The notes beneath the pieces were generated by a model. That model did not search any database. It was not told the DNA's origin and saw only the letters and a list, made by a program, of their open reading frames with translations. Both the position numbers and the translations under genes were made by a program. Source: Anthoceros angustus (Eukaryota > Plantae > Anthocerotophyta). From it: a stretch of DNA of 64,000 nt. The stretch lies in contig VJWM01000103.1 of the NCBI GenBank assembly GCA_010909165.1, positions 744,001 to 808,000 on the forward strand, read 5' to 3'. Positions 35,155 through 49,136 of this stretch are shown here, piece by piece (positions within the stretch are counted from its first letter, which is position 1; the number at the start of each line of letters is the position of its first letter).

Positions 35155-36924
35155 ATCATGAGATGTCTACGTGTTCCTAAGTTTAATGGGAGTAATTTTG
35201 CGATATGGAAGTTTTGTGTCAAAGTTGCTCTCCAAAGGGAGTGGCCTGAAATACAACTTATCCAGCAAATGGTGCTCCTGCTAAGCGAGCTGACCGGGAG
35301 ATACTTCATTCCTTCTTTTGTTGAAGATAGGTGTATTGGTCAGATGCTTAAAATCTTATGTAAAGGAAAAAGCCATGCTTAGCAGTTTTCATGAGGCTAG
35401 TAAGTCTACCGTTGTCTTAAGACTTATTGATTGAGAAACAGTTTACACAAAGGAATTACGCGTAAATCCTGCACAAACTCTTGGAATTTTGTTAAAGGAA
35501 GAACTTTGGTGAAACCATTCGCCTTCATAGAAATTGGAAATGTAGATAGAAAATCTATTACGTCTTCTTCTACCTTCTCACGAATAAAATGCTTCATACG
35601 TTGATGGAACTCAGGATTATGCCAACCTTGAGACTACTCCGACAATTCGTATACATAAGTGTACATTGTGTTTGAGAATAACCACATTCCTTTAGAAGAA
35701 GTCACAACCAAATTGCCTCCTTAGGAGCATGTATTGCTGCCATACACTCTGCTTCCATAGAAGTAAAAAATACAAAATCTTTTGAATCTTTTTTTTTTTT
35801 TTTCCCATCGTGCTTCCTCAGCAGGAGAGCCATTTGTCAGATAAGCCTTAGTCCCATCAACAATAAGCCACTCCCTTTTGAGAGCACCTTTGACACGAAA
35901 CTTCTATATTGCAAAATTACTCCCATTAAACTTAGGAATAAGTATGCACATCTCATGATCAGATTAGCCATAGAAAATATATCCACTAACACCCAAAAAA
36001 TCACAAATAAAAATACAAGAAATAACCTCCCAAAAAAGGAGCTAGAAACTAAACAACCAAAAAACCCTCACAAAAATCCGAAAAGAGACTAAACCTTCAA
36101 CAAAAATCCATGGTTCCTTCAGCCAAAAAACCTTCACAAAAAACTAAAAAGAGACTAGAACCTTCAGCTAAAACCCTAGGATTGGTACCTTCCGCCAAAA
36201 ACCCGCACAAAAAACTTTTGGTGTTCAACAAACACCTCACACACAAAAACATCTCCCCAAAGAAACCTACACATAAAACTTTCGTTACACATATATTCTC
36301 TTCTAAAAACCTTCAACCTAAAATATGTGATTTAGGCGTATATGAGAAACCTTGTTATGATACCAGTAGGCCACGGTTCATTAGAAACTATATTACTTTG
36401 TGGCAAAATAGAAATGAGAAAGCTGACAAAATCGAGCAATATGTCCAGATTGATGACAATTAAAAAAAATAAGAGGAGAATGAGACACTTCACTCAAAGT
36501 CCAAATCCCAATAAAAACCGGAGATGATAGTGAAGAAAAACAAGGTGGATATGAGAAATTCTCATTTCTTGGCGAGGTACACCAATTACCTTTTCGAGCA
36601 AGCATTGACGTTTGTTTTGATAACCTATTAAAGCATCATCAATGCCATCAGTAGCCCTCACTCTTTGCTGCCTTAACTCCTCAATATGCAACTTTTCTTG
36701 CAATGCCTCAATTGTCAAAGGAAGATTTCCATGATCAAACGACAATTTAAAAGCATCATACAATGGTGGCAATGCTTGAAAGAGATATTGTTGTGGCTAT
36801 TAAGATATATTTGCATCTTAATAGCCACAACTGGACCAATAGTTTGAATATCAATAAAAATACAATAAAACTCATGAATAAAGTCTTCTACTGTTTGTGA
36901 AGGATTCATTCTAAAATTATCCAA
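35155..36924. mobile_element. Degenerate Copia relics: two inverted gag N-terminal fragments, an RNaseH C-terminal piece and a gag UBN2-like piece
   Basis: PKFNGSNFAIWKF on + (35155-35245) and on - (35867-35959); HFIREKVEED...ANGFTKVL on - (~35480-35590); PPLYDAF...LTIEALQEKLHIEELR on - (36494-36772). Many stops. Confidence 0.75.
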
Positions 36925-37639
36925 CCGAGCGAATTGAGTTTAACGATGTTCCAAACCCTATTGCTCATAAATTGATTGCAAAACTTGCCAAATGACTCAT
37001 CTCCATAAACCTACATGCTTTAATAACTCTAGCTAGTTCCATCAGCCCGAATACGATATACGGACAGCATACAATAATTTATTTACAATATATATTATTT
37101 TACTCAAAATCATTCAAAACAAGAAAAAAACATCCAATTGTTTGAAACTGACAATTTCTTGCAAAATTCCTATAGAAACTTGGTTCTTTAATCTCTCCTA
37201 AGGGGAGATTTGTATGCATAACGTTCTCTCCATTACCTCCCAAAATACAAGCTTCCGCATAAGGTATCCGACCACTGGATAGCTCGTCCAAAAATGGCAT
37301 TAGAAATCTTGAACTTGATGATCTGGTGATCATCCTCAGTTGCGATAATGAGTATGAGTTTCGTGCATACATGTAACATGATCTCCTTTCAGAAGGAGGA
37401 TGCGAGTCGTTCTGTCTGCCCTCAAGAACACTGAGCGGCTGAAGTAAACTTTGCTCCACCTGACCCTGAATTCATGAAGACTGCTTAGGCTTGTCTCAAC
37501 GTCATGAGCTGCTTAGCTTCTTCGATTCAAGAAGCAGCGAAGGTCCAATAGGTATTCAAAATCGAAACAATGTTGTCACAGGCTCAAGTAATCGATGTCT
37601 CCGTCTTGGGCTGGTAAATCACGAAAACAAGTCAAGAGA

Positions 37640-40600
37640 TCAAAAACCATCCGTTGTCAATAGCCGAATAATGGCTGTCACCACAGGGCTAGTCCCTACT
37701 TCTAGGCTGGGGATCTGTATTTTCTGCAAAAGCAGAGAATCCACCTTCGAGCGGAGCTCCTTAATAAGAACAGCAATACGCGCGGGCGCCTCAAATTGTA
37801 GCCAGTCATCGACTGCAAGCGTCTGTTTCTCATGTTGAACACGGATCTCACCTCCAAACAAAAGGAATCCATAAGCGGAGACCATGGAACATTCCCTCAC
37901 AAACACCTTGGATGTCTTCACCTTTTCTGAAAAGACAAGCCACGGGCTCTCAAAGTAGCCAACTGGAAACAGGACACTTGAAGGATGAAGGAAAATACGG
38001 CCATCTAATTTAGTGTAGAAACGCAGCTCTTGTGCCGCAGCAATCTTCAAAACAGCTCCTCCTTCAGTCTGGACATATGTCTTCTCAGGGTGATGCACAC
38101 GGACGACATGGGGGTAGAATCCAGCACAGATACAAGCTTTCACAACACGCACATGCTTGGAATTGGCATGAACATTGTTTGGGGCACTCTCGCTTTCAGC
38201 CTCCAGAGGGTACCTGCTTTTGTTGCTTGATATAAATCCCAGATCCACCAAAATTCTCTCATAGTCCATTCGACTTGCCTCGATAGAAATCAAAGATTCT
38301 CTAGACACATAGTTTGAGCTGCAGAAATCCATCTCAGCAGCCCACCCTTCCTGTTTCGCAGTGACCCAACCATTGTATGCAGCCACCACAGCCATGTGAT
38401 CACTCTTGCTGTTGTCGGCCAGTTTTCTGCGGGCCATGCTGGCTTCATCCCGTTTATCCATTGGAGAAAGGAATGGGGACCGACCACTTAAAGAGGCAGC
38501 AATTGTCAGGACAGGATCCAAGCATCTTAAGATGCAACCAAAAAGAAGCATTTTGGCTACACGTGCATCAACAGGCATTCTTGCCAGGTGCTGACCAAGA
38601 GGTGTGAGGGTCTCTGCGCTATCCAACGCACTCAACTCTTGTAAGCTCTTCAAAGCTGTAGAGATTGCTTCTGAATGAGGAGGACTTATCATCTTATTGA
38701 CTCTTTCTTCTATCTTGCCAGAAAGCAATGATTTCACCTGCCAGAATCACACGATATATACTGCATGTTACATTCCATTGGTCTCACAAATCTTTAACCA
38801 CAACTAAAGCAAACGGCAACAACTGACTGCCTATATTCTTCTCCACGTCTGTATCAGAACCAAGGTCTACTGCAATTATCTGCTGACTACTGCCAGTTGC
38901 GCAATCTCAGCATCCCATTTCTGTCTTTCGCTGGTGTATGAGGGTCTATACTCAGCATATTTCCTTTCAGCGTAGGATTGCTAGAATGAAAAAATCAAGC
39001 AAAATAACCAGGAAAAGACGTTGACCACCAAGAAGTTCACGGTGTTACCTTCAAACAAAGGCCCTCAAGCGAGATACGATGCACTTCAGGCAACTGATGC
39101 TCATCAAATTGTTGAAACTGCTGCCTGCTGAAGAGACGGATGCAGCACCCAGGTTGGACACGGCCAGCTCGACCGCGCCGTTGCTTAGCATTTGCTTTGG
39201 AGATCCAAGTATCCTCTAGGCATGAAAGGCCCCTGCTGTAGTCGTATCTCATCTCCTTATGATGACCAGTGTCAACAACATACCTGTCAGAGTGGATGCA
39301 ATACTGTCAGGGTTTCTAACCAGACAGGACAGCAATTATCTGCAGGGAAAAGCTGAGAAAACATACACCACATCGTCAATGGTTATACTAGTCTCGGCGA
39401 TGTTGGTAGCTAGCACAACTTTTCGTACATTGGCAGGAGGTCTTAAAAACACCCGCCGTTGTTCAGCCCCAGAGAGAGAACCATGAAGGGCCAGAATCCA
39501 TAGCTCGTAACCGCAATTTGCTAGTTGGCTGGAACGCTGCAGTTGACTTTGGAGTCTCTTGATTTCATACATACCAGGTAGGAAGACAAGCACAGCACCT
39601 GCTTGCCCATGTCCAACAATGGGTGCCCCATCTGCACCATCATCTTTCACTGCTGTCAAAGATCCAAATGTTTCCAGCTTTTGATCTTGCTGAAATATGG
39701 CAACAATGAGTGCCTCAATAAGCTCAAGGTTGATAATGTTCTCATCCACAAGGCTCAGAGACTGCCTTGTGCCCTCACTATAATGATCCAGATTATGATC
39801 CAGATGTGCAGGAGCTTCTGCTTCATGGTCATCGAACCTTGATTCCCAGCTCTCCATATCCTCACTAGTCGGCTGGGGTAGGTCAGCTGAACTAGCTGGG
39901 GTCTGGTCCTTTTTCTTCTTCAAAGCATATCGAGAGTTGCGTCCTACTTTGTAACCAGTGAGCTCAAACGCATCTTCGAGATACAGCTCTCGCACTGGAA
40001 ACGTAAAGCCAGGTATCCGCACTATTTTGGGGGAATAACCCACTGCAGCAGCAAAATAGTCAGAGTACAAGGAGGCTTCTACTGTTGCCGACATCAGAAT
40101 AACACGAAGGCTGCTATTATCTCTGCACAACAAGAACGCAGCCCAAATCATGACAGGGAAGGTTAATAACTCCAACAGAGGTTTCACAAGCTTGCCAGGG
40201 GTGTGCCCTACCTTCCTATTAACTCTCGTAGCAAGAGCAGAAGCAAATCACTTTCCAGTGTCCGTTCATGAACTTCATCCACAATGACATGTGTAACACC
40301 ATCCAATCCAGGATCAGACAGCAGACGTCGAAGAAGTATACCAGTTGTGCAAAATAAGAGCCTTGTTCGCTCAGAACGACAGTTTTCAAGGCGGACAGAA
40401 TAACCGACCTGCAACGCAGAGATATACAGAGAGCGCACCATTCAGTCCCTCCACACAAGATGGCTGAAGGTTTTGGTTTTAGCAAGAACAACAATCGTAC
40501 CGTGTCACCAGTGGCTTCACGTCTCTCCTCTGCAACACGATCTGCTAGACCAATAGCAGACAGTCTCCTAGGCTGAGTGCATATGATGTTGCATATTCCT

Positions 40601-43579
40601 CCTTCACCTTTCTCGATGTGTTCCTCTAGAATGTACTGGGGGACCTGCAAACAGAGCATCAATCTGATGAAGAGAGCCACGGGTTCACTGACCTGAGCGT
40701 GCAGGCCCAACAGCACATAACTAGACGACAAGCAACATCTGACCAAAAGTGGAGACTGACCTGAGTACTTTTCCCACAGCCTGTCTCACCGCAGATGATA
40801 GTAACTCTAGAGCTGTCAATTGTGGACAAAAGACTGGATCGCTTTGTAAAAGCTGGCAGCTTTGACCGGGTCCCTTGCATTCGAGCATGTTTTGACGATC
40901 CCTGTAGGTTCTCCCACTGTCTCTTCAGCCTTTGAGATTCCAGACTTGAGAGGAGCTCCTGCTGACGTTTTAAACGAGGGCTCCTTGTCTGAGCACCACT
41001 TGCTTTTGCCAAGGAAGTATCACGATGGGCAGTCATAGGATTTTCATGTAGTGGAAGCTTTTCAAGGTTGAGGTCAATCGAAGGAGACTTTTTCCCCTCA
41101 AAAGGCTGATGATTATCTAGAGATCCCTCCACACTTTTACGTGAGAGGTCAGAAATGGACATCTTCATAGCATCCTGATCTCCAAGAGGTCGTGCTTCCG
41201 AGGCTGGTAAAGATACGTCTGTGACTTCTTGGGCGTAGATAACCAAGTCATAGATCATAGGGGATCCAACAAATTGCTGAGCATGATTTGCTACCTTTCT
41301 GGTGATGTCTAATAAATAATCTGATGACAAGCTGAGGTTACGGAAACCAACAACTGGGATTTCATGAGGATACACACATCCAGGAGGGAACCTGACCTGC
41401 AAAAGCGCTGAAAATTGAAAACTTTAACTGGTGCCTGCTTACATGCATAACATAAGGATGGGAATCGTGCAAACCGGAAGGAGAAACCTGCGTACCTCCA
41501 TTTCAACACTTGCGAGCTGAAAAGTCAGACAGGATTCTGAGATCTCGACTACATCATCTCCAAATATGGAAAGAAGTGCTAACTTTTCCTCAGCTGCGGC
41601 TGCTGCAAGTTCTGCACATGCGGCAGCAAAAGAACCTCTGTTTGCTTGTGGGCACTCATCAGCTGTAAGTGATCGAAATAGATGGTCCAGAGCCACATCC
41701 TTGTCTCCACTTGCAAGTATAAGTGCTGCCTGACACCTATCTTCAGGATAACCAAAAAGTTGCAGACTCATGACTGCAAGACTGCTAGCATCTAGGGGTT
41801 CTTTGACGAACTGCGATTCACGAACCAATACCTGCACAGATGCCTTTGAGGATTCTGGAGCAAACTTTGCAGGCAGTTTATGCTCCGGCACATTCAGAAC
41901 AAGCCAATCAAGAGCCTGGGGAACATTATCTGTCCTGTCCACTGCTAGCTTTACATAGTCATCACTAAATCCCATCTTCTCCAGCTGCAATTGGAGTGAA
42001 CTAAGAGATACATCAAGCTGACGCATACCAGCTACTCCTCTCTCACACTGCAGTCCACTCACTGAATTACCCTGCCCGCTTGCCCAATCGCTCTCTCTCA
42101 AAGAGGTTCTTCTGCAGTTTGACCGAACCACCGTGTTTCACGATCAGTAACCTGCATTGTGGTCACATTGTTGTCTGTAGCACTAGAGCGTAAATCACCA
42201 GGGTTGACTGATATCTCCATATTCTTCTTCACATGATCACTGTTGGTGTCAACATTTCTGAGCAGATCCTCCACAATGCGTCTGTTGCCTTCACTCATAA
42301 ACACAGACTGAAGCTCCTTAGGAGAAGGTTTTCGATTTTGCTTCGGCTTCGGAGGATTTGCCTTGAGAAAAGCTTTCTGTGCTCAGCAGCAGCATCTAGG
42401 TTATGCCACTGTTGCCTGTACTGCTCAGGAGGATGCGGTCCAGTCTGCAGGATCACGTTGCTTCCTCAGGAAATTGGGCTAGGATTGAGACCACCATTCA
42501 TCATTCAAACAACGCAATCAAGAAACAAACTGGTATACCACAGACAAACGAATAAAACTAAACAACAATGTAACCAGAATCCAATGATGTTGGTTTTACC
42601 ATGTAACACAGTCCATTTCCGCTGGCCACCTGCCCCAACCAGAGAGAGATGGAAGCAACCAATGGTGCAGTCACACATAACAGCATATAAAAGCCGGTTG
42701 AAAGAAGATCACTCCCCACAAGCCCAACCCGCAAACTCCGACGAGATGCAAACCAAAGTACGTGACTCTAACGCCCTACTCTGCGATAATTGGATTGCTC
42801 ATTTAGTTTCCAGTTCACCGACGTCCCCACGATAAAGTCCACCACCTAAGAGCTGAGAAATTACCTACGGTCACCCATGACGTGGTGCAGGGCAACAACA
42901 GCTGCGCGATGCTGTGCTTCCAGTGACGCGGGCGCAGGGGCCTCCTTGTACCACACAATGACATCATCTTCGCTTTTCTTCCCATCCGGCAGAATGACTC
43001 TACAGTGGAAGCCTCCGTCCACCTCAATCTGGACACCACAAATCTCCTCACTTCCCTTGCTCCCATGTTAACGCACAAACAGAAGAGGGGGAGGAGGACT
43101 AACATGCTTGTACTTGGGCGTGAGTTTCTTGTTCTTCTGACACCACTCGTGCAGCTGCGTCTTGGGCGTCTTGACCGAATACGACGGGGTCTGATTTCCC
43201 GCACTCCCACTCCCACTCCCACTCCCAGACGCCCCCGCACTCCCAACCAGCTGCTCAGCTACAGCTTGCTCCACACTGGCCCCTTCATGCTGATTCTTCA
43301 AATGCTCCTTCAACCGCCCATCTTGCTTGAAAATCCTGTCGCAAAACGGGCACGGCAGGGGCTGCCCAATTCCACACAAAACGCATCAACCCACACTTCC
43401 CAGCAGACACCAAATTCAGCTGCCCAAAAATGCACACACCTGCCCCAGAATTCTTGGCAGAGGTAGGCCCTGCCTTCCCTCCACACCCGCAGCCCCAGTT
43501 TTGAACACGTGACGAGGGCCCGCCGACTTGGGCCGGCCAGGGCCAACCCCGAGCCGCCGCTCCCCGATTCCCCGCTCAT
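37640..43579 (-). CDS. DExH-box ATP-dependent RNA helicase, DHX57/Ucp12(YLR419W)-like: C2H2 - dsRBD-like - UBA - RWD - helicase core - HA2 - OB
   Basis: Motifs [82 protein letters not shown]...[11 protein letters not shown]; [15 protein letters not shown]; CPFC-x12-H-x4-H near the N-terminus. Start [11 protein letters not shown] at 43579; exon 1 frame is disturbed by homopolymer indels. Confidence 0.92.
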
Positions 43580-44187
43580 GTCACCACCTCCACCATCTCC
43601 ACACCGGACGGACTGAAGCTCCGTCTGTTTTGTGCACCGCGAGTTTGACGCCGTCTATTCTTGCCTCCTGCCCGATGTACGGTACTCGTATACCGCTTTA
43701 GGTCGTAACGGCCATCGGTTTAGTAGAAAATCGGAAACCGGATCCTGTGTCAATGGAAGTGTGAAAGGCCCGCCACGTGGTGGCAGAGGCGAGAGGCATG
43801 TTATGGCTGCTCCGCCGGGCGTGAAGTTCCGTTCCCGACGGGTAAATGGTGGGCACTGGGCAGGTAGGTCGGACGGTGGGTGGAGAAGCAGGTCGCAGAA
43901 GTCGGGTCGCTGGATGGTATCCGCCATGAGCGGCCCGCCCGATTGATGCGCCGGTACGCTCCATTCCATCTGCGCCAGAGTCGGAGCTGCCCATTTCATT
44001 TTGCCGGCGTCCCAGTTTTCTTCCCCTGTCGCCTCCCGCGCAGCAGGTACTGCACTGCACTGCATTCTGCCAGCGGCCCGAGCCGAATTTGAACAGCAAC
44101 AGGCCTGGGAGCGCGACGCGCATGTCGCTGCTGCTGGTGCGCCTGCTCGCCGGCTGGAATTCTGAGCGGGAGGTTGTGGCCTGAGAC

Positions 44188-44235
44188 GAGGAGGAGGAGG
44201 AGGAGGAGGAGGAGGAGGAGGAGGAGGAGGAGGAG
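44188..44235. repeat. (GAG)16 microsatellite in the GPDH 5' leader (second copy (GAG)15 at 49070-49114)
   Basis: Directly visible. Confidence 0.9.
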
Positions 44236-44257
44236 GCGTTGTGAGAAGGCTGGGGTC

Positions 44258-46048
44258 ATGGTGAGCGGGTCGCCAATTGGGAATGGCGTCGCTGCTGCCA
44301 CAGCTGAGGCCGCAGTCGGACGGCGGAGGACCGGCTGGCGGAGCTGAGGCAGGCGCTGGGCAAGGCGGACGGGGACCCGGTGCGGATCACGGGAGTGGGG
44401 GCGGGCGCGTGGGGAGCGTCTTCCTGGCTATGCTGCAGGATGCGTTCGGGCACATGCGGGAGCAGAAGAACCTCTGTTTGCTTGTGGGCACTCATCAGCT
44501 GTAAGTGATCGAAATAGATGGTCCAGAGCCACATCCTTGTCTCCACTTGCAAGTATAAGTGCTGCCTGACACCTATCTTCAGGATAACCAAAAGTTGCAG
44601 ACTCATGACTGCAAGACTGCTAGCATCTAGGGGTTCTTTGACGAACTGCGATTCACGAACCAATACCTGCACAGATGCCTTTGAGGATTCTGGAGCAAAC
44701 TTTGCAGGCAGTTTATGCTCCGGCACATTCAGAACAAGCCAATCAAGAGCCTGGGGAACATTATCTGTCCTGTCCACTGCTAGCTTTACATAGTCATCAC
44801 TAAATCCCATCTTCTCCAGCTGCAATTGGAGTGAACTAAGAGATACATCAAGCTGACGCATACCAGCTACTCCTCTCTCACACTGCAGTCCACTCACTGA
44901 ATTACCCTGCCCGCTTGCCCAATCGCTCTCTCTCAAAGAGGGTTCTGCAGTTTGACCGAACCACCGTGTTTCACGATCAGTAACCTGCATTGTGGTCACA
45001 TTGTTGTCTGTAGCACTAGAGCGTAAATCACCAGGGTTGACTGATATCTCCATATTCTTCTTCACATGATCACTGTTGGTGTCAACATTTCTGAGCAGAT
45101 CCAGATTCGCATCTGGCGGAGGCCGGACAAGAGGCTGGAGCGGGCGTCGGCTGTGAAGCTGTTTGAGGTTATTAATGCACGGGAGGACGTGCTGCGACGC
45201 CTGCTCGCAAAATGCGCCTACCTGAAGTATGTGGAAGGGAGGCTGGGAGACCGCGTGCTGTATGCCGACGAGATTTTGCGGGATGGATTTTGCATAAACA
45301 TGCTGGATACGCCCCTGTGTCCGCTCAGAGTTGTGACCGATTTTGCAGGGCGCGGTTTGGGACGCGGATATCGTCGTCAATGGCCTCCGTCCACGGAAAC
45401 CCGTGCCGTGTTTGAAAAGATCGGCAAGTACTGGCGTGAGAGGAGGACTAAACCTATCGTCATTTCCTTGGCTAAGGGTGTTGAGGCGGCCTTTGATCCG
45501 GATCCTCATATTGTGACTCCCCACTCAGATGATTCAAGCTGCCAGTGAGTGTTGAATTGTGAAGAGAGTCGTAACGTTTGTCCCGGTTTGTTGGCAGAGG
45601 CACGTTTGAGTTGCTCCAACCATTTTAGCTGGGACTGACGCGTGGTTTCGGATGCTTTGGTGGCAGCCGGTCTTTCGGACGAGAACATTTTGTACCTAGG
45701 TGGCCCTAATATTGCTGCGGAAGTGTACAACAAGGAATATGCAAATGCCAGAATATGTGGTGCTGAGAAATGGAGAAAAGCCCCTGGCCAGGTTTCTTCG
45801 GCAGCCTCACTTTATTGTCTGGGACAATAGTGACCTCGTCACTCACGAGGTGATGGGAGGACTGAAAATGTGTATGCCATCGGTGCAGGTAAATAGCAAC
45901 GGGCTAACTCTGCTGGCCATGCCTACTTGTTGCAATGGCAAGGCAACTGCTGACAGGTAGATTTCGGTGCGCAGGAATGGTTGCAGCTCTCACAAACGAG
46001 AGTGCCACCAGTAAGTCCGTGTACTTCGCACACTGCACATCAGAAATG
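44258..46048 (+). pseudogene. Truncated duplicate of cytosolic GPDH, interrupted by a helicase-derived insert
   Basis: Same sequence as 49137-50293, but 44466-45102 is a copy of helicase 41630-42269. It stops at ...FAHCTSEM. Confidence 0.9.
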
Positions 46049-48462
46049 GACATCTTCATAGCATCCTGATCTCCAAGAGGTCGTGCTTCCGAGGCTGGTA
46101 AAGATACGTCTGTGACTTCTTGGGCGTAGATAACCAAGTCATAGATCATAGGATCCAACAAATTGCTGAGCATGATTTGCTACCTTTCTGGTGATGTCTA
46201 ATAAATAATCTGATGACAAGCTGAGGTTACGAACCAACAACTGGGATTTCATGAGGATACACACATCCAGGAGGGAACCTGACCTGCAAAAGCGCTGAAA
46301 ATTGAAAACTTTAACTGGTGCCTGCTTACATGCATAACATAAGGATGGGAATCGTGCAAACCGGAAGGAGAAACCTGCGTACCTCCATTTCAACACTTGC
46401 GAGCTGAAAAGTCAGACAGGATTCTGAGATCTCGACTACATCATCTCCAAATATGGAAAGAAGTGCTAACTTTTCCTCAGCTGCGGCTGCTGCAAGTTCT
46501 GCACATGCGGCAGCAAAAGAACCTCTGTTTGCTTGTGGGCACTCATCAGCTGTAAGTGATCGAAATAGATGGTCCAGAGCCACATCCTTGTCTCCACTTG
46601 CAAGTATAAGTGCTGCCTGACACCTATCTTCAGGATAACCAAAAAGTTGCAGACTCATGACTGCAAGACTGCTAGCATCTAGGGGTTCTTTGACGAACTG
46701 CGATTCACGAACCAATACCTGCACAGATGCCTTTGAGGATTCTGGAGCAAACTTTGCAGGCAGTTTATGCTCCGGCACATTCAGAACAAGCCAATCAAGA
46801 GCCTGGGGAACATTATCTGTCCTGTCCACTGCTAGCTTTACATAGTCATCACTAAATCCCATCTTCTCCAGCTGCAATTGGAGTGAACTAAGAGATACAT
46901 CAAGCTGACGCATACCAGCTACTCCTCTCTCACACTGCAGTCCACTCACTGAATTACCCTGCCCGCTTGCCCAATCGCTCTCTCTCAAAGAGGGTTCTGC
47001 AGTTTGACCGAACCACCGTGTTTCACGATCAGTAACCTGCATTGTGGTCACATTGTTGTCTGTAGCACTAGAGCGTAAATCACCAGGGTTGACTGATATC
47101 TCCATATTCTTCTTCACATGATCACTGTTGGTGTCAACATTTCTGAGCAGATCCTCCACAATGCGTCTGTTGCCTTCACTCATAAACACAGACTGAAGCT
47201 CCTTAGGAGAAGGTTTTCGATTTTGCTTCGGCTTCGGAGGATTTGCCTTGAGAAAAGCTTTTCTGTGCTCAGCAGCAGCATCTAGGTTATGCCACTGTTG
47301 CCTGTACTGCTCAGGGAGGATGCGGTCCAGTCTGCAGGATCACGTTGCTTCCTCAGGAAATTGGGCTAGGATTGAGACCACCATTCATCATTCAAACAAC
47401 GCAATCAAGAAACAAACTGGTATACCACAGACAAACGAATAAAACTAAACAACAATGTAACCAGAATCCAATGATGTTGGTTTTACCATGTAACACAGTC
47501 CATTTCCGCTGGCCACCTGCCCCAACCAGAGAGAGATGGAAGCAACCAATGGTGCAGTCACACATAACAGCATATAAAAGCCGGTTGAAAGAAGATCACT
47601 CCCCACAAGCCCAACCCGCAAACTCCGACGAGATGCAAACCAAAGTACGTGACTCTAACGCCCTACTCTGCGATAATTGGATTGCTCATTTAGTTTCCAG
47701 TTCACCGACGTCCCACGATAAAGTCCACCACCTAAGAGCTGAGAAATTACCTACGGTCACCCATGACGTGGTGCAGGGCAACAACAGCTGCGCGATGCTG
47801 TGCTTCCAGTGACGCGGGCGCAGGGGCCTCCTTGTACCACACAATGACATCATCTTCGCTTTTCTTCCCATCCGGCAGAATGACTCTACAGTGGAAGCCT
47901 CCGTCCACCTCAATCTGGACACCACAAATCTCCTCACTTCCCTTGCTCCCATGTTAACGCACAAACAGAAGAGGGGGAGGAGGACTAACATGCTTGTACT
48001 TGGGCGTGAGTTTCTTGTTCTTCTGACACCACTCGTGCAGCTGCGTCTTGGGCGTCTTGACCGAATACGACGGGGTCTGATTTCCACTCCCACTCCCACT
48101 CCCACTCCCAGACGCCCCCACTCCCAACCAGCTGCTCAGCTACAGCTTGCTCCACACTGGCCCCTTCATGCTGATTCTTCAAATGCTCCTTCAACCGCCC
48201 ATCTTGCTTGAAAATCCTGTCGCAAAACGGGCACGGCAGGGGCTGCCCAATTCCACACAAAACGCATCAACCCACACTTCCCAGCAGACACCAAATTCAG
48301 CTGCCCAAAAAATGCACACACCTGCCCCGAATTCTTGGCAGAGGTAGGCCCTGCCTTCCCTCCACACCCCGCAGCCCCAGTTTTGAACACGTGACGAGGG
48401 CCCGCCGACTTGGGCCGGCCGGGGCCAACCCCCGAGCCGCCGCTCCCCGATTCCCCGCTCAT
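46040..48462 (-). pseudogene. Duplicate 5' portion of the DExH helicase (no helicase core)
   Basis: Near-identical to 41149-43579; start [23 protein letters not shown] at 48462. Confidence 0.9.
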
Positions 48463-49136
48463 GTCACCACCTCCACCATCTCCACACCGGACGGACTGAA
48501 GCTCCGTCTGTTTTGTGCACCGCGAGTTTGACGCCGTCTATTCTTGCCTCCTGCCCGATGTACGGTACTCGTATACCGCTTTAGGTCGTAACGGCCATCG
48601 GTTTAGTAGAAAATCGGAAACCGGATCCTGTGTCAATGGAAGTGTGAAAGGCCCGCCACGTGGTGGCAGAGGCGAGAGGCATGTTATGGCTGCTCCGCCG
48701 GGCGTGAAGTTCCGTTCCCGACGGGTAAATGGTGGGCACTGGGCAGGTAGGTCGGACGGTGGGTGGAGAAGCAGGTCGCAGAAGTCGGGTCGCTGGATGG
48801 TATCCGCCATGAGCGGCCCGCCGATTGATGCGCCGGTACGCTCCATTCCATCTGCGCCAGAGTCGGAGCTGCCCATTTCATTTTGCCGGCGTCCCAGTTT
48901 TCTTCCCTGTCGCCTCCCGCGCAGCAGGTACTGCACTGCACTGCATTCTGCCAGCGGCCCGAGCCGAATTTGAACAGCAACAGGCCTGGGAGCGCGACGC
49001 GCATGTCGCTGCTGCTGGTGCGCCTGCTCGCCGGCTGGAATTCTGAGCGGGGAGGTTGTGGCCTGAGACGAGGAGGAGGAGGAGGAGGAGGAGGAGGAGG
49101 AGGAGGAGGAGGAGGCGTTGTGAGAAGGCTGGGGTC

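Noticed and set aside
36000-36330. ORF 36110..36463 and A-rich repeated motifs
   Set aside because: Low-complexity A/C-rich sequence within the Copia relic; no protein signal.
43996-44301. Poly-Leu 'signal peptide' ORF (also 48878..49180)
   Set aside because: It is the antisense reading of the (GAG)n microsatellite in the GPDH leader.
44256-45524. 422-aa ORF suggesting a novel fusion protein
   Set aside because: It stitches antisense-GPDH sequence to the inserted helicase fragment, so it is a by-product of the insertion.
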